Notes: generated by a model from the sequence alone, not told the origin. A stretch of DNA of 64,000 nucleotides from Nitrospirota bacterium (GCA_016212105.1 JACRHJ010000028.1:11689-75688); one strand, 5' to 3'. Numbered from the stretch's first letter, positions 45,929 to 56,802 are shown. Made by a program: numbers and translations.

Positions 45929-46876
45929 CTACGCCGCCTTCTCTTCCTTCATCATGAGCCCCATCCCGTCGATTACCTGGGCGAGCCCTTCCCGCCAGTC
46001 CGGGTACCTGAGCTTCAGGCCGAGCATGCGCGTCGTGCGCTCCGAGGACACCCTTGTGGAGCAGGTCATGGACTCGGCCGCCAGCTCGCCTAATGCTTGC
46101 GCGTAGGCATCGGGGTCGATTCCCCTCGGGGGCGGGCAGCCTATGAGCTTCGCGGCATAGCCGAAGAATGACTTCTGTGTTACCGGGTGCTCGTCGGTCA
46201 GGCAGAGCCTGGAGCCGGTCGGCACTTTGGCGGCGATTATGGACCATGCCTCGGAGACGTCGTCGATGTGGATGAAGCTCATGTGGTTGCCGCCGTCACC
46301 CGCGAGCCGGAACGAGCCCTCCCGCATCGCGTCGAGGGACCTGCCGAACCAGCCGCCGGGGCCGTAGGCCCAGCCGGAGAACACGTTGATGAGCGGGACC
46401 TTGGTCTTCCGGGACGTCTTGTCTATGTGCCAGTACGCGCCGGTTATCGAACGCTCGTAGCCCTTGGGGTCGAGGTCGCTGAACTCGTCCGCGGCCTTCT
46501 CGCCCGTGTCGCCATAGCCGAGGATACCGTAGTTCAGGGCGATGGCCCTGACCTTGCTCCCCTGCGCGGCCAGGAAGAGGTTCCCGGTCATCTGGCCGTG
46601 CAGGTATGAACGGCGCCTCGCGTCCGGTAAGGAGAGGACCTCGCCCATGCGGACCGGTGAGGACGCGCTGATGATGAGGTCCATCCTCGCGGCCGTGGAC
46701 TTCCAGGTATCGGGTTCTAACAGGTCGCCCCGGATTATTGACGCGCCGGCCGCCTCGGCCGCGCCCGCGTCCGAGCCCGGCCGGACAAGGCCTGTGACCT
46801 TGTGGCCGTCCGCCGAGAGACGCCTCGTGATGGTTGACCCGATGAACCCGTTTGCCCCGGTTACGAAGATGTTCAT
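45929..46876 (-). CDS. NAD-dependent epimerase/dehydratase (extended SDR), paralogue
   Basis: The start is MNIFVTGANGFIGSTI. It shares ISASSP.R, GWFE/GWFG and IHIDD blocks with 43316..44281. Confidence 0.88.
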   Translation of the reverse strand: MNIFVTGANGFIGSTITRRLSADGHKVTGLVRPGSDAGAAEAAGASIIRGDLLEPDTWKSTAARMDLIISASSPVRMGEVLSLPDARRRSYLHGQMTGNLFLAAQGSKVRAIALNYGILGYGDTGEKAADEFSDLDPKGYERSITGAYWHIDKTSRKTKVPLINVFSGWAYGPGGWFGRSLDAMREGSFRLAGDGGNHMSFIHIDDVSEAWSIIAAKVPTGSRLCLTDEHPVTQKSFFGYAAKLIGCPPPRGIDPDAYAQALGELAAESMTCSTRVSSERTTRMLGLKLRYPDWREGLAQVIDGMGLMMKEEKAA

Positions 46877-47058
46877 TGCCAGACCTCCGCTTATAGCTTT
46901 TTGGTTGATATGCCTCCGGACATGTACTATAACAGTATAACAGCATTTTTTTATTCGGCAAGCAGGACAGAAACGGTGGTATTATGGCGTTTTGAGGGCC
47001 GGTCTGTTATAATATCAATACAGCAAGTAAGTAGGTCAATCAGACGATGCAAGATAAA

Positions 47059-47129
47059 GTCGCTGGATTCCCGCTTTCGCGGGAATGACGTGCAGTTAGG
47101 TGTCACCCCGTGCTTGACACGGGGCCCAG
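47059..47129. repeat. cluster R16 (A inverted, B inverted)
   Basis: Modules: 47059-47089 and 47101-47129. Confidence 0.9.
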
Positions 47130-47201
47130 TGACTTTGCTCAATATTGTTGCCGTACTAATCGTGTAACCGGTATTAAAATAATAGCGTCCAAGGAGGAGT
47201 A

Positions 47202-47690
47202 ATGCTAAAGGGAAACGAGTCGCTCTTGGAGTCGATACTCTTCGCGTTCGGGCTGGAGAAGGGTTCCAACGCGTTTTACGCGAAGGCCGCGGAGAAGGTG
47301 GACGATCCCAAGTGCAGGGAGTTCTTTAATGCAATGGCGGACGTCGAGCTTGGCCACATGGCCAACCTCAGGCTTATGTACTGCTCGATGGAGGACGATA
47401 TGTGCCCGGTCTCGCTCGAAGAGTTCACGAGCACCATACCCGGCCCGTACGTCGAGGGCGGCAAGCTCCTGGAGAACGCGCTCCGCGAGCTCGACGTCGC
47501 CTTCATCGACGAGATGGACGCGATGAAGGTCGCGGTCCGGCACGAGGGCGAGGCCTACGGCTTCTATGTCAAGGCCGCGAAACGTATGGAGGACCCGATG
47601 GTCAAGGTCCTGTTCGAGAACCTCGCGGGCGAGGAGCAGAGGCACTTAAACGAGGTCTCGAAGCGGATGAAGGCGATGGGCGGGGAATAA
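47202..47690 (+). CDS. rubrerythrin/ferritin-like diiron protein
   Basis: 162 aa with two E...ExxH half-sites (EKGSNAFY...VELGHM and EGEAYGFY...EEQRHL). AGGAGG lies upstream. Confidence 0.8.
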   Translation: MLKGNESLLESILFAFGLEKGSNAFYAKAAEKVDDPKCREFFNAMADVELGHMANLRLMYCSMEDDMCPVSLEEFTSTIPGPYVEGGKLLENALRELDVAFIDEMDAMKVAVRHEGEAYGFYVKAAKRMEDPMVKVLFENLAGEEQRHLNEVSKRMKAMGGE

Positions 47691-47724
47691 AACCTGGCCT
47701 CTCACTGGGCAGGGGTGGGGGTTG

Positions 47725-47982
47725 GTTTAAGTGCAGGGCCGAGCAGAGCCCGTCCTGATCGTAGCTGAAGGATGTCGGCCCTTTTTATATCCCGGCGCGC
47801 CGGGGGCACAGCTTGCCCCGGTATGCCTGAAGCAGGGGCGGGAATGACAGGCAAGGGCGGATATTGCCTCGTCGCCCCGTGACTCGGGGCGACTTGCAAC
47901 GAATGACATGGCGGGCACGGGGACCCGCCCCTACATTTTATTCGTATACAGGCGGATTCTTCGCTCCGCTCAGAATGACACC
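47725..47982. repeat. cluster R17 (D with insert, K fragment, L+A half, perfect GC palindrome, I, F)
   Basis: Modules: 47870-47892 gtcgccccgtgactcggggcgac; 47911-47934 I (inverted); 47946-47979 F (inverted). Confidence 0.85.
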
Positions 47983-47999
47983 GTTATACCGGACACGTA

Positions 48000-49145
48000 T
48001 CACGCGCCATCCCCCAGCACAACGTCCAGCGCCCTCTTCGCAGAGTCCGCCCTGCCGAGCCGGAGCGCGTTCGCACTGAGCGCGTCCATGCGCGCCGGGT
48101 CGTCCATTAGCATTCGCACCCGGTATATCAGCGCGTCCGGGTCGGAGGCCTTGACAGCCGCGCCGTTTTCGAGCAGGTAGTCGGAGTTACGCTCCTCCTG
48201 GCCCGGTATGGGCGACACGACAATCATCGGCAGCCCGACCGCGAGGCATTCGGAGGTCGTGAGCCCGCCGGGCTTCGTGACGGCAATGTCGGACGCGGTC
48301 ATCAGCCGCTCGATGACGTTGGTGTAGCCCATCGGGAACAGGCGGCCGGGGTTCGCGTCAGCGACCTTCTGAAGCTCCGCGAGGAGCCCCGCGTTCCTGC
48401 CCGCGAGCGCGATGACCTGGAAGTCCCCGTCAATCTTCATCAGCTCCGCCGCCAGGGTCTCTATGCCTCCGACGCCCGCGCCTCCGGACATCATAAGGAG
48501 CGTCCTCTTCTTGGGGTCGAGTCCGAACTCGGCGGCGCAGGCCGCCCGGTCACGTCTCTCCCCGAAGACGGGCATGATGGGAATGCCGGTCGCGTGTACG
48601 GTGGACGCCGGTATGCCGCGCCGGGCGATGCGCCACGCGACCTCGTCGTTCGCGGCGAAGTAGCCGGATATGTGGTCGTACAGCCAGAGCGCATGCACGT
48701 CGAAGTCCGTCACCGTCACCCATACAGGTTTCGTGAACCGGCCCTTCCTGACCTTGCGGGAGAAGAGCTGGGCCGGCATGAAGTGCGTGCATATGACGTG
48801 GTCGGGGTCGAGCTGCGCGAGCGCGCTGTCGAGCTTCTTCGTGTTCAGGCGCTCGACGAGCCTCCAGAGCTGGTTGCCCGGGGAGTCCGGCCTTTCGTGG
48901 TCGGCCCTGTCATACAGGTAGCCCCATAGCGCGGGCGCGTCCTCGACGACCCTCATGTACGACTCGATGTAGACCTTCCTGAAGAGCCTGGGCACCAGCT
49001 CCATCACGTCCATGTGTACTACCTGCGCGTCCGGGTAGTACCGCTCCGCGGCGGCGGCGAGCGCCTGGGCCGCGCGCACGTGGCCCGCACCGGCGGACAC
49101 GCTGAAGATGGCTATCTTTGTCTTGGACACGGGGGGCTCCTTCAT
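48000..49145 (-). CDS. MGDG-synthase-like glycosyltransferase (GT28 family, diacylglycerol glycosyltransferase type)
   Basis: The N-terminal KIAIFSVSAGAGHVRAAQAL is the MGDG_synth motif. The C-terminal GT-B half has TKPGGLTTSECLAVGLPM. Confidence 0.88.
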   Translation of the reverse strand: MKEPPVSKTKIAIFSVSAGAGHVRAAQALAAAAERYYPDAQVVHMDVMELVPRLFRKVYIESYMRVVEDAPALWGYLYDRADHERPDSPGNQLWRLVERLNTKKLDSALAQLDPDHVICTHFMPAQLFSRKVRKGRFTKPVWVTVTDFDVHALWLYDHISGYFAANDEVAWRIARRGIPASTVHATGIPIMPVFGERRDRAACAAEFGLDPKKRTLLMMSGGAGVGGIETLAAELMKIDGDFQVIALAGRNAGLLAELQKVADANPGRLFPMGYTNVIERLMTASDIAVTKPGGLTTSECLAVGLPMIVVSPIPGQEERNSDYLLENGAAVKASDPDALIYRVRMLMDDPARMDALSANALRLGRADSAKRALDVVLGDGA

Positions 49146-49153
49146 TTAGCGCC

Positions 49154-49224
49154 GTCATTCCCGCGAAGGCGGGAATCCAGGAATTTGATAAATCCCTGGG
49201 CCCCGTGTCAAGCACGGGGCGACA
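49154..49224. repeat. cluster R18 (A, B)
   Basis: Modules: 49154-49181 A; 49194-49224 B. Confidence 0.9.
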
Positions 49225-49327
49225 ATAGTTATGAGTTATGAGATGTTATCCCCTTCCCCGCCAAATGTCAAAATATTTGAAACCTTTTTGGGTTGTCAGT
49301 TTACCTGCTCTGTGGTATCTTATCGGC

Positions 49328-49816
49328 ATGTCTAAACAGGAAATAAAGCTGGTCGCGACGAACAAGAAGGCCTACCACGACTTCTTTATCGAGGAAACGT
49401 TAGAGGCGGGCATCGCGCTCATGGGCACCGAGGTCAAGTCACTGCGCGAGGCGCGCGTGAACATGAAGGACAGCTACGCCCAGGTGAAGGGCGAGGAGAT
49501 TTTCCTTGTCGGCTGTCACATATCGCCCTACTCGCACGGGAACATCAACAACCCGGACCCGGAGAGGACGAGGAAGCTCCTCTTGCACAAGTCCGAGATA
49601 AAGCGGCTCGGCGGGCTTCTGACGATCAAGGGCTATACCGTCGTGCCGCTGAAGATATACTTCAAGGGCAGCAACGCGAAGCTTGAACTCGGGATCGCCA
49701 AGGGCAAGAAGCAGTATGACGTGCGGGAGACCATCAAGGAGAAAGAGGCGGACAGGGAGGTCGCCAGGGCGCTCCGGGACAGGACGAAGGGGGCGGGGGA
49801 GCAGGGGCGGGAGTAA
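49328..49816 (+). CDS. smpB: SsrA-binding protein SmpB
   Basis: VATNKKAYHDFFIEETLEAGIALMGTEVKSLR is nearly invariant in SmpB. The ATG at 49328 is preferred over the 49238 ORF start. Confidence 0.95.
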   Translation: MSKQEIKLVATNKKAYHDFFIEETLEAGIALMGTEVKSLREARVNMKDSYAQVKGEEIFLVGCHISPYSHGNINNPDPERTRKLLLHKSEIKRLGGLLTIKGYTVVPLKIYFKGSNAKLELGIAKGKKQYDVRETIKEKEADREVARALRDRTKGAGEQGRE

Positions 49817-49828
49817 CCGCTCACCCGA

Positions 49829-50342
49829 TTGTCATTGCGAGGAGTCCCGCGTCTCGCGGGACGACGCGGCAATCTCCTCCATTGTCTGTCATTCCGAGCG
49901 AAGCCGAGGATTCCGCTGTTGCCTTATTAATAATTCGGCAATTATACAGGTCAATCAGGCAATACAATATAAGTCCCTGGATTCCCGCTGGAGTTTACCC
50001 CGGTATGCCTAAAGCCGGGGCGGGAATGACGGTCCCATTTTGTCGCCCCGTGCCCGTTCGGCTTCGATCAGGGCAGGCTTTGACACGGGGTCCAGGAAGT
50101 TGCCCTACTTGGTTGCCGGATTAATAATTCAACAGCAGGTCCCTCCACTACGGTCGGGACGACATGATATAAGAAGGAGCGGGCGCAATGAATTGCGCCC
50201 CTACAATTGATCGTATACAGGCGGATTCTTCGCGGAGTATACCCTGAGCGAAGTCGAAGGGCACAGAATGACAACGAAGAGGGCGGGCACAGGGACCCGC
50301 CCCTACATGAAAACAAGAGGGCCGACACGCTGACCGGCCCTT
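49829..50342. repeat. cluster R19 downstream of smpB (G, J, A containing L, B containing L fragment, E, C, F with insert, I, D)
   Basis: Modules: 49831-49875 G; 49888-49913 J; 49977-50030; 50041-50100; 50135-50164 E; 50181-50204 C; 50215-50272; 50281-50306 I; 50319-50340 D. Confidence 0.9.
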
Positions 50343-50355
50343 TAGGTTATCTCTA

Positions 50356-50970
50356 TTACCAGTCTATCCTGCTCCCCTTCGCCTCGCCGAACATTATCGC
50401 CCAGCGGTCGAACGTGCGCAGCTTCGCCGGGCCGTAGGGCTCGATTGTCTTCCGCGCCTCCTCAAGCGTTATCTCCGTCAGCATCCTCTCCGGGTCCACT
50501 GGGAAGAACTTGTCCGCGAAGCAGATTATCTCCTCTTCGAGTATCAGTGGGAACATGTTGCGCGCGGGGAGCGGAAGACCCTTCGATATTATCTCTTCCT
50601 TCGTAAGACCCACGCCGACGTGCCGTTCGCAGACGAGCGCGTGGAGCGGGTAGCCCTCATCCTCCATTATCTGACGCCCGAGGTATCCGTGCGCGATGTA
50701 CGGGTATTCGCCGGTGCAGCCGAGGTGCGGCGCTTCGGTCATGAATATGCCGACGTCGTGGAGCATCGCGGCCTCCTCGATGAAGATCTCGCCCGGCGGG
50801 AGCCAGTGCACCTTGGCCGCGATTGCGAGCGCCTTGTCCGCGACCATCCGGCCGTGCCGTGTGACGTAGTCGTGCGCCTTCGTGCCGGGCTCGTAGTAGG
50901 CGTCTATAATCTTTATCGGGTCGGGCCTGAGGCCGCTGTCTATCCCGGTTACGTCCTTTATTGTGGTCAT
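50356..50970 (-). CDS. HD-domain phosphohydrolase
   Basis: 204 aa from the ATG at 50970. An HD motif (MLHDVG) and further His/Asp ligands (AHGYLG, ERHVG) are present. Confidence 0.8.
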   Translation of the reverse strand: MTTIKDVTGIDSGLRPDPIKIIDAYYEPGTKAHDYVTRHGRMVADKALAIAAKVHWLPPGEIFIEEAAMLHDVGIFMTEAPHLGCTGEYPYIAHGYLGRQIMEDEGYPLHALVCERHVGVGLTKEEIISKGLPLPARNMFPLILEEEIICFADKFFPVDPERMLTEITLEEARKTIEPYGPAKLRTFDRWAIMFGEAKGSRIDW

Positions 50971-50989
50971 GTGTTCCCTAAAAGCAAGA

Positions 50990-51060
50990 AGGGCGGCCAC
51001 AGGGGGCCGCCCCTACATAAAGAAAGAAGAAGGGCCGACACATGGGCCAACCCCTGCATT
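50990..51060. repeat. cluster R20 (I-like, D)
   Basis: Modules: 50991-51016 gggcggccacagggggccgcccctac; 51032-51057 gggccgacacatgggccaacccctgc. Confidence 0.8.
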
Positions 51061-51070
51061 TAAAAGCAGC

Positions 51071-52261
51071 CTATTTCTTGTCCGTCAGGCTGACCAGCCC
51101 CGGCAGTTCCTTGCCTTCGAGGAGCTGGAGCGACGCGCCGCCGCCGGTGGATATGAACGACATGTTCTCGGTCTCGCCGGCCTTGTGGACGGCGAGGTCG
51201 GTGTCGCCGCCGCCGACTATGGACAGCGCGTAGGAGTCCGCGACCGCGTGCGCGACGGCCATCGAGCCGCGCGAGAACGCGTCCATCTCGAAGACGCCCA
51301 TCGGGCCGTTCCATATTATGGTCTTGGCGTTTCCGAGCGCCTCGGAGAAGAGCCTGACCGAGGCCGGGCCGATGTCGAGCGCCTTCCAGCCCGCTGGTAT
51401 CTCCTGCGAGGTGACTATCTTGGTCTCCGCGCCGGGTGACATGCTCTGGGCGACGACGCAGTCCACCGGCAGGTAGAATTTTACCCCTCGTTCCTTAGCC
51501 TTGTCGGCGATGCGCAGCGCGATGTCGAGCATGTCCGGCTCGACCAGCGAGTCGCCGACCTCGTGACCCATCGCCTTGAGAAAGGTGAAGGCCATGCCGC
51601 CGCCTATGATGACCTTGTCCACCTTGTCCTGGAGGTTCTCTATCACCCCGATCTTGCCGGAGACCTTCGCGCCGCCGAGTATTGCCACGAACGGGCGGAC
51701 GGGGTTGGCGACCGCGCCCTGGAGGTAGTCCACCTCTTTTTTCAGCAGGAAGCCGGCGACGGACTTCAATACGTGCTTCGTGATGCCCGCGGTGGACGCG
51801 TGCGCCCTGTGCGCCGTGCCGAAGGCGTCGTTGACGTAGTAGTCGCAGAGACGCGCGAGCGCCTGCGCGAAGAGGTCGTCGTTTTTCTCCTCGCCCTCGT
51901 GGTAGCGCAGGTTTTCGAGCAGGGCGACGTCGCCGGGCTTCATCGCGGCGACCGCGGCCTCGGTCTCCGTGCCGACCGCGTCGGGCAGGAACGCGACCTC
52001 GCGGTCGAGCAGCCTCTGGAGCCTCTTGGCGACGGGCAGGAGTGAGTACTTGGGGTCCTTCTTCCCCTTGGGGCGGCCCAGGTGCGAGGCGAGTATTATC
52101 TTCGCGCCCGCGTCTATCGCGTAGTTTATCGTCGGGAGCGACGACCGGATGCGGGTGTCGTCCGTTATGTTCATGTTCTCGTCGAGCGGGACGTTGAAGT
52201 CCACGCGGATGAATACCCGCTTGTCTTTCAGGCCCAGGTCTTCGATAGTCATCTTGTCCAT
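51071..52261 (-). CDS. pgk: phosphoglycerate kinase
   Basis: 396 aa with [25 protein letters not shown] and [14 protein letters not shown]. Confidence 0.97.
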   Translation of the reverse strand: MDKMTIEDLGLKDKRVFIRVDFNVPLDENMNITDDTRIRSSLPTINYAIDAGAKIILASHLGRPKGKKDPKYSLLPVAKRLQRLLDREVAFLPDAVGTETEAAVAAMKPGDVALLENLRYHEGEEKNDDLFAQALARLCDYYVNDAFGTAHRAHASTAGITKHVLKSVAGFLLKKEVDYLQGAVANPVRPFVAILGGAKVSGKIGVIENLQDKVDKVIIGGGMAFTFLKAMGHEVGDSLVEPDMLDIALRIADKAKERGVKFYLPVDCVVAQSMSPGAETKIVTSQEIPAGWKALDIGPASVRLFSEALGNAKTIIWNGPMGVFEMDAFSRGSMAVAHAVADSYALSIVGGGDTDLAVHKAGETENMSFISTGGGASLQLLEGKELPGLVSLTDKK

Positions 52262-52289
52262 GTCTGGCTCTCCTTGTGCGGTAAACTGG

Positions 52290-53465
<1,176 letters not shown>

Positions 53466-53542
53466 TTAGAAGAAAGGGTTTCAGCAGGGCATGCGTGTAA
53501 TTATGCCAGATAAAGCGGGAAACGTAAAGGCGGGGGGATAAT

Positions 53543-53613
53543 TGTCGCCCCGTGCCTGACACGGTGCCCAGGAATTAATCAACTTCCTGGATTCCCGCTT
53601 TCGCGGGAATGAC
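53543..53613. repeat. cluster R21 (B inverted, A inverted)
   Basis: Modules: 53543-53574 and 53587-53613. Confidence 0.9.
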
Positions 53614-53651
53614 GGTGTTTACCGTGCCCCGCACTATTTTGAACTTTTCTC

Positions 53652-53684
53652 TTGCATTCTATGATTATTTCATTATAATGAAAT
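53652..53684 (+). promoter_or_regulatory. gntR promoter with overlapping 18-bp perfect palindrome (candidate operator)
   Basis: TTGCAT (53652-53657), a 16-nt spacer, then TATAAT (53674-53679). The -10 sits in the centre of the perfect palindrome ATTTCATTATAATGAAAT (53667-53684). Confidence 0.5.
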
Positions 53685-53712
53685 TGAAGACAGCGTGTTC
53701 CAATGTGAAACT

Positions 53713-54465
53713 ATGGAGCGTTCCCAGATGCAACCCGACAAGCTCGACGGCGAGAAGCTGTACGTACAGCTGACCAACATACTGCTGGCCAGGATACGCT
53801 CGGGCGAGTGGCGCACCGGGAGGCAGATACCCACCGAGGAGGACCTCTGCAAGGGGTTCGGCGTCTCCAAGATAACGGTCAGGCGGGCGATAAACAACCT
53901 GGTCATGGAGGGCTACCTCGAAAAGATACAGGGCAAGGGGACGTTCGTAAGACAGAGCCCGTCCAGGACCGGCATGCCGATGAAGACCTCGCTTATCGAG
54001 TCCGTCTTCCTGCCCGGCGATTCCGGGGACATATCCGTTGTCGAGAGGAAGGTCGTGCATTCCGTGGACGACGAGGTTATAAGGCGGATGGGGCCGGTCA
54101 TCGACCGCGACCTGTTCTACCTGGAGCGGATCCAGAGTGCGGAGGGCGTCCCGGTCCTGGTGAACGAGGTCTACGTGCCCCTGAGGGTCTGCCCGGAGAT
54201 CATGGGGTGGGACCCCGAATCAGGCCCGTTCTTCGAGTACCTCCGCGAGCGCGCGTCCACGAAGATTACGGCCGTCTCGCAGACGGTCGAGGTCGGCAAG
54301 GCGGGCGAGCGGCTCGCGGGGCTTCTCAACTGCCGCCCGACCTCCGCCTGCATGGTCATCCACAGGCTTTTCACGTCCGCGGGCGACCTCGCGGTGGCGT
54401 ACTCGATGACGACCGCGCGTGGCGACAGGTTCCATCTCGACTCCGAGTACAGCCTGATCCGATAA
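53713..54465 (+). CDS. GntR-family transcriptional regulator, HutC subfamily (UTRA effector domain)
   Basis: The winged HTH is LPTEEDLCKGFGVSKITVRRAINNLVMEGYLEKIQGKGTFV. The C-terminus is UTRA-like. The ATG at 53713 is preferred over the GTG at 53695. Confidence 0.9.
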   Translation: MERSQMQPDKLDGEKLYVQLTNILLARIRSGEWRTGRQIPTEEDLCKGFGVSKITVRRAINNLVMEGYLEKIQGKGTFVRQSPSRTGMPMKTSLIESVFLPGDSGDISVVERKVVHSVDDEVIRRMGPVIDRDLFYLERIQSAEGVPVLVNEVYVPLRVCPEIMGWDPESGPFFEYLRERASTKITAVSQTVEVGKAGERLAGLLNCRPTSACMVIHRLFTSAGDLAVAYSMTTARGDRFHLDSEYSLIR

Positions 54466-54659
54466 CGGCCCGGGCACGCGATATGTGATTATAATGTTAT
54501 ATTGTAATGCATGTTGCAATAATACAAAAAGGATGTATCCTTGAGGTAGTATACTGAAAGGGGGGATAGTCAATGCCGGGCTGAACGGCCTGCTTCCGGA
54601 CTCTTGCAAGGTATCATGGGGATTAAGGGAATACGACAGATCATCAGGAGGATATCGAG

Positions 54660-55745
54660 GTGAAAACATCAAGTCTTATTAAAAGCATCCTGCCGGCGGC
54701 GGCTGTGCTGTTCATACTGCTGGGCGCGTACCCGGCGGCCGCATCTACGGAGGCCGCTGCTCCGGCGCCGGCGGCGGAGGCCGCAGCCACGGCAGAGCAT
54801 GCCGGCATGGCGATGGACCAGGCGGCCCCCGAGGGCCATGCCGCCGAGGCGGCGGGCGAGCCTGCCGCGGCAGACGCCGCGGCTGAGGGCATGCCCAAGT
54901 CCAGCATGCCCTGGTGGGGCTGGCCCGCCCTGCTGTTCGTGGTCACGTTCGTGATGGGCATCGCGGCGGTCCTCGCGGGCGTCGGCGGCGGCGTCCTGTT
55001 CGTCCCGATCATAGGCGGGTTCTTCCCGTTCCATATGGACTTCGTCAGGGGCGCGGGCCTGCTGGTCGCGCTCGCGGGCGCGGTCGCGGCCGGGCCGGGC
55101 CTCCTTAAGAGGAACATGGCCAACCTGAGGCTCGCGGTGCCGGTCGGGCTCATAGCCTCCGCCTGCGCCATCATGGGCGCGATGGTCGGCCTCGCCCTTC
55201 CGGAGAAGTATGTCCAGATAGGACTGGGCACGGTCATCCTGTTCATCGTCGCCATAATGCTGAAGGCCAAGAAGTCCGACTACCCGAACGTCCCGCAGGC
55301 CGACCCGCTCTCCCAGGCGCTCGCCATCAGCGGCATATACCACGACGAGGCCTCCGGCAAGGACATCGACTGGAAGATACACAGGACGCCGCTCGGCCTG
55401 TTCATGTTTATCTTCATAGGCTTCATGGCGGGCATGTTCGGCCTCGGCGCGGGCTGGGCGAACGTCCCGGTCCTGAACCTAATGATGGGCGCGCCCCTCA
55501 AGGTCTCGGTCGCTACCTCCAAGTTCCTGCTCTCGATAACGGACACCTCGGCCGCGTGGGTATACATAAACAAGGGCGCGGTCTTCCCGATGATAGCCGT
55601 CCCTTCCATCCTCGGCATTATGCTCGGCTCGTTCGTCGGCGTGAAGCTACTCGCCAAGGCGAAGCCCGCCTTCATCAAGTGGATGGTCATAGGCCTCCTG
55701 CTCTTCGCGGGCGGCAAGGCGCTGTCTAAGGGCCTGGGCATGTAG
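54660..55745 (+). CDS. TauE/SafE (TSUP, DUF81) family membrane transporter with Ala-rich N-terminal extension
   Basis: A GTG start lies 8 nt after AGGAGG. GVGGGVLFVPIIGG and a second GLGAGWANVP repeat are typical of TSUP proteins. The first roughly 85 aa are a signal-like helix plus a low-complexity Ala/Glu/His/Met region. Confidence 0.88.
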   Translation: MKTSSLIKSILPAAAVLFILLGAYPAAASTEAAAPAPAAEAAATAEHAGMAMDQAAPEGHAAEAAGEPAAADAAAEGMPKSSMPWWGWPALLFVVTFVMGIAAVLAGVGGGVLFVPIIGGFFPFHMDFVRGAGLLVALAGAVAAGPGLLKRNMANLRLAVPVGLIASACAIMGAMVGLALPEKYVQIGLGTVILFIVAIMLKAKKSDYPNVPQADPLSQALAISGIYHDEASGKDIDWKIHRTPLGLFMFIFIGFMAGMFGLGAGWANVPVLNLMMGAPLKVSVATSKFLLSITDTSAAWVYINKGAVFPMIAVPSILGIMLGSFVGVKLLAKAKPAFIKWMVIGLLLFAGGKALSKGLGM

Positions 55746-55805
55746 CTCCGGCGAGGCATGCACAGGGATATTCTGGTACAATAAATATAAAGGCTGGAGG
55801 TTGAA

Positions 55806-56225
55806 ATGGCTGAATCGAAACAGAAGGCGTCCGAGGAGCAGCTGGTATACGCCGGTATCCTCGAGAAGGGCATGCAGCTGGGGCTGCTGGGCCTGATAAT
55901 CACGTTCGTAATATACATGTCGGGCATACTGCCCGCGAAGATACCGGTGGACCAGGTGGGCAACTACTGGGGGATGTCCGTCCACGAATACCTTGCCGCG
56001 ACCGGCATGTCGCCCGGCTGGACATGGGTCCGGTTCATCGGCAACGGGGACTTCATAAACTTCATCCCAATCGCCATACTCGCGGGCGTGACGATACTGT
56101 GCTACATGGCGGTCATACCGGTCTTCCTGAAGAAGAAGGACAAGGTATACGCGATAATCGGCACTCTCGAAGTGCTCGTCCTGGTCCTGGCCGCGTCCGG
56201 CGTACTCAAGGGAGGTGGACATTAA
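55806..56225 (+). CDS. small integral membrane protein (possibly DUF1634, a frequent TauE neighbour)
   Basis: 139 aa with 3-4 hydrophobic helices. Its stop overlaps the usp start (TAATG). The family label is tentative. Confidence 0.6.
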   Translation: MAESKQKASEEQLVYAGILEKGMQLGLLGLIITFVIYMSGILPAKIPVDQVGNYWGMSVHEYLAATGMSPGWTWVRFIGNGDFINFIPIAILAGVTILCYMAVIPVFLKKKDKVYAIIGTLEVLVLVLAASGVLKGGGH

Positions 56226-56656
56226 TGTACAAGAAGATACTTTTCTGCACCGACGGCTCCGCCAACTCGATGTGCGCGCAGCGTGAGGCCATCAAGATAG
56301 CCAGGGAGTGCGGCTCGAAGCTCTACGTCCTGTCGGTCGTGGACCTGACCGACGAGTTCGAGGACCTGGCGCCCGGCCTCACCGAGAAGATGATAGCGAA
56401 GGCGAAGGAAGTCGTGGCCGGCGTGGCCGCCGCCGCCAAGGCGGCGGGCGTGGACGCGGAGGGCCTGGTCAGGGACGGAGAGGCCAACCGTATGATACTC
56501 GGCGCGGCGAAGGAAGCCGGCGCCGAGGCGATCATGCTCGGCACGCACGGCAGGAAGGGCTTCATGAACGCGGTCATGGGCTCCGTCACCCGCAAGGTCA
56601 TCGCGGAGGCGCCGGTCCCGGTCATAGTAGTGCATTCGAAGTTCTGCGCGTTGTAG
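56225..56656 (+). CDS. universal stress protein (UspA family)
   Basis: MYKKILFCTDGS is at the N-terminus. IMLGTHGRKGFMNAVMGSVTRKVIAEAPVPVIVV is the ATP-binding G-2x-G-9x-G(S/T) region. Confidence 0.9.
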   Translation: MYKKILFCTDGSANSMCAQREAIKIARECGSKLYVLSVVDLTDEFEDLAPGLTEKMIAKAKEVVAGVAAAAKAAGVDAEGLVRDGEANRMILGAAKEAGAEAIMLGTHGRKGFMNAVMGSVTRKVIAEAPVPVIVVHSKFCAL

Positions 56657-56712
56657 GCGTCCCTCGCGGGGCCGGGGATGCGGCCCGCCTGCCGGAGGGA
56701 AGCGTATTTATG

Positions 56713-56743
56713 AGGGGCGGACATATTGGTCCGCCCCTTTTTT
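56713..56743 (+). terminator. intrinsic terminator after usp
   Basis: AGGGGCGGAC-atattg-GTCCGCCCCT is followed by TTTTT. Confidence 0.8.
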
Positions 56744-56773
56744 CGCGCCTGGTTCCGGCGATGAATTCAACCC

Positions 56774-56802
56774 TTGACATGCCGCTATAAATAATCAATA
56801 AT
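56774..56802 (+). promoter_or_regulatory. sigma-70-like promoter upstream of the GAF-HD-GYP gene
   Basis: TTGACA (56774-56779), a 17-nt spacer, then AATAAT (56797-56802). Confidence 0.45.

Noticed and set aside
49817-50355. tmRNA (ssrA) downstream of smpB
   Set aside because: The region consists entirely of recognisable repeat modules. I found no tRNA-like acceptor/T-arm (GGTTCGAATCC-type) sequence or tag-reading frame. ssrA is presumably elsewhere.
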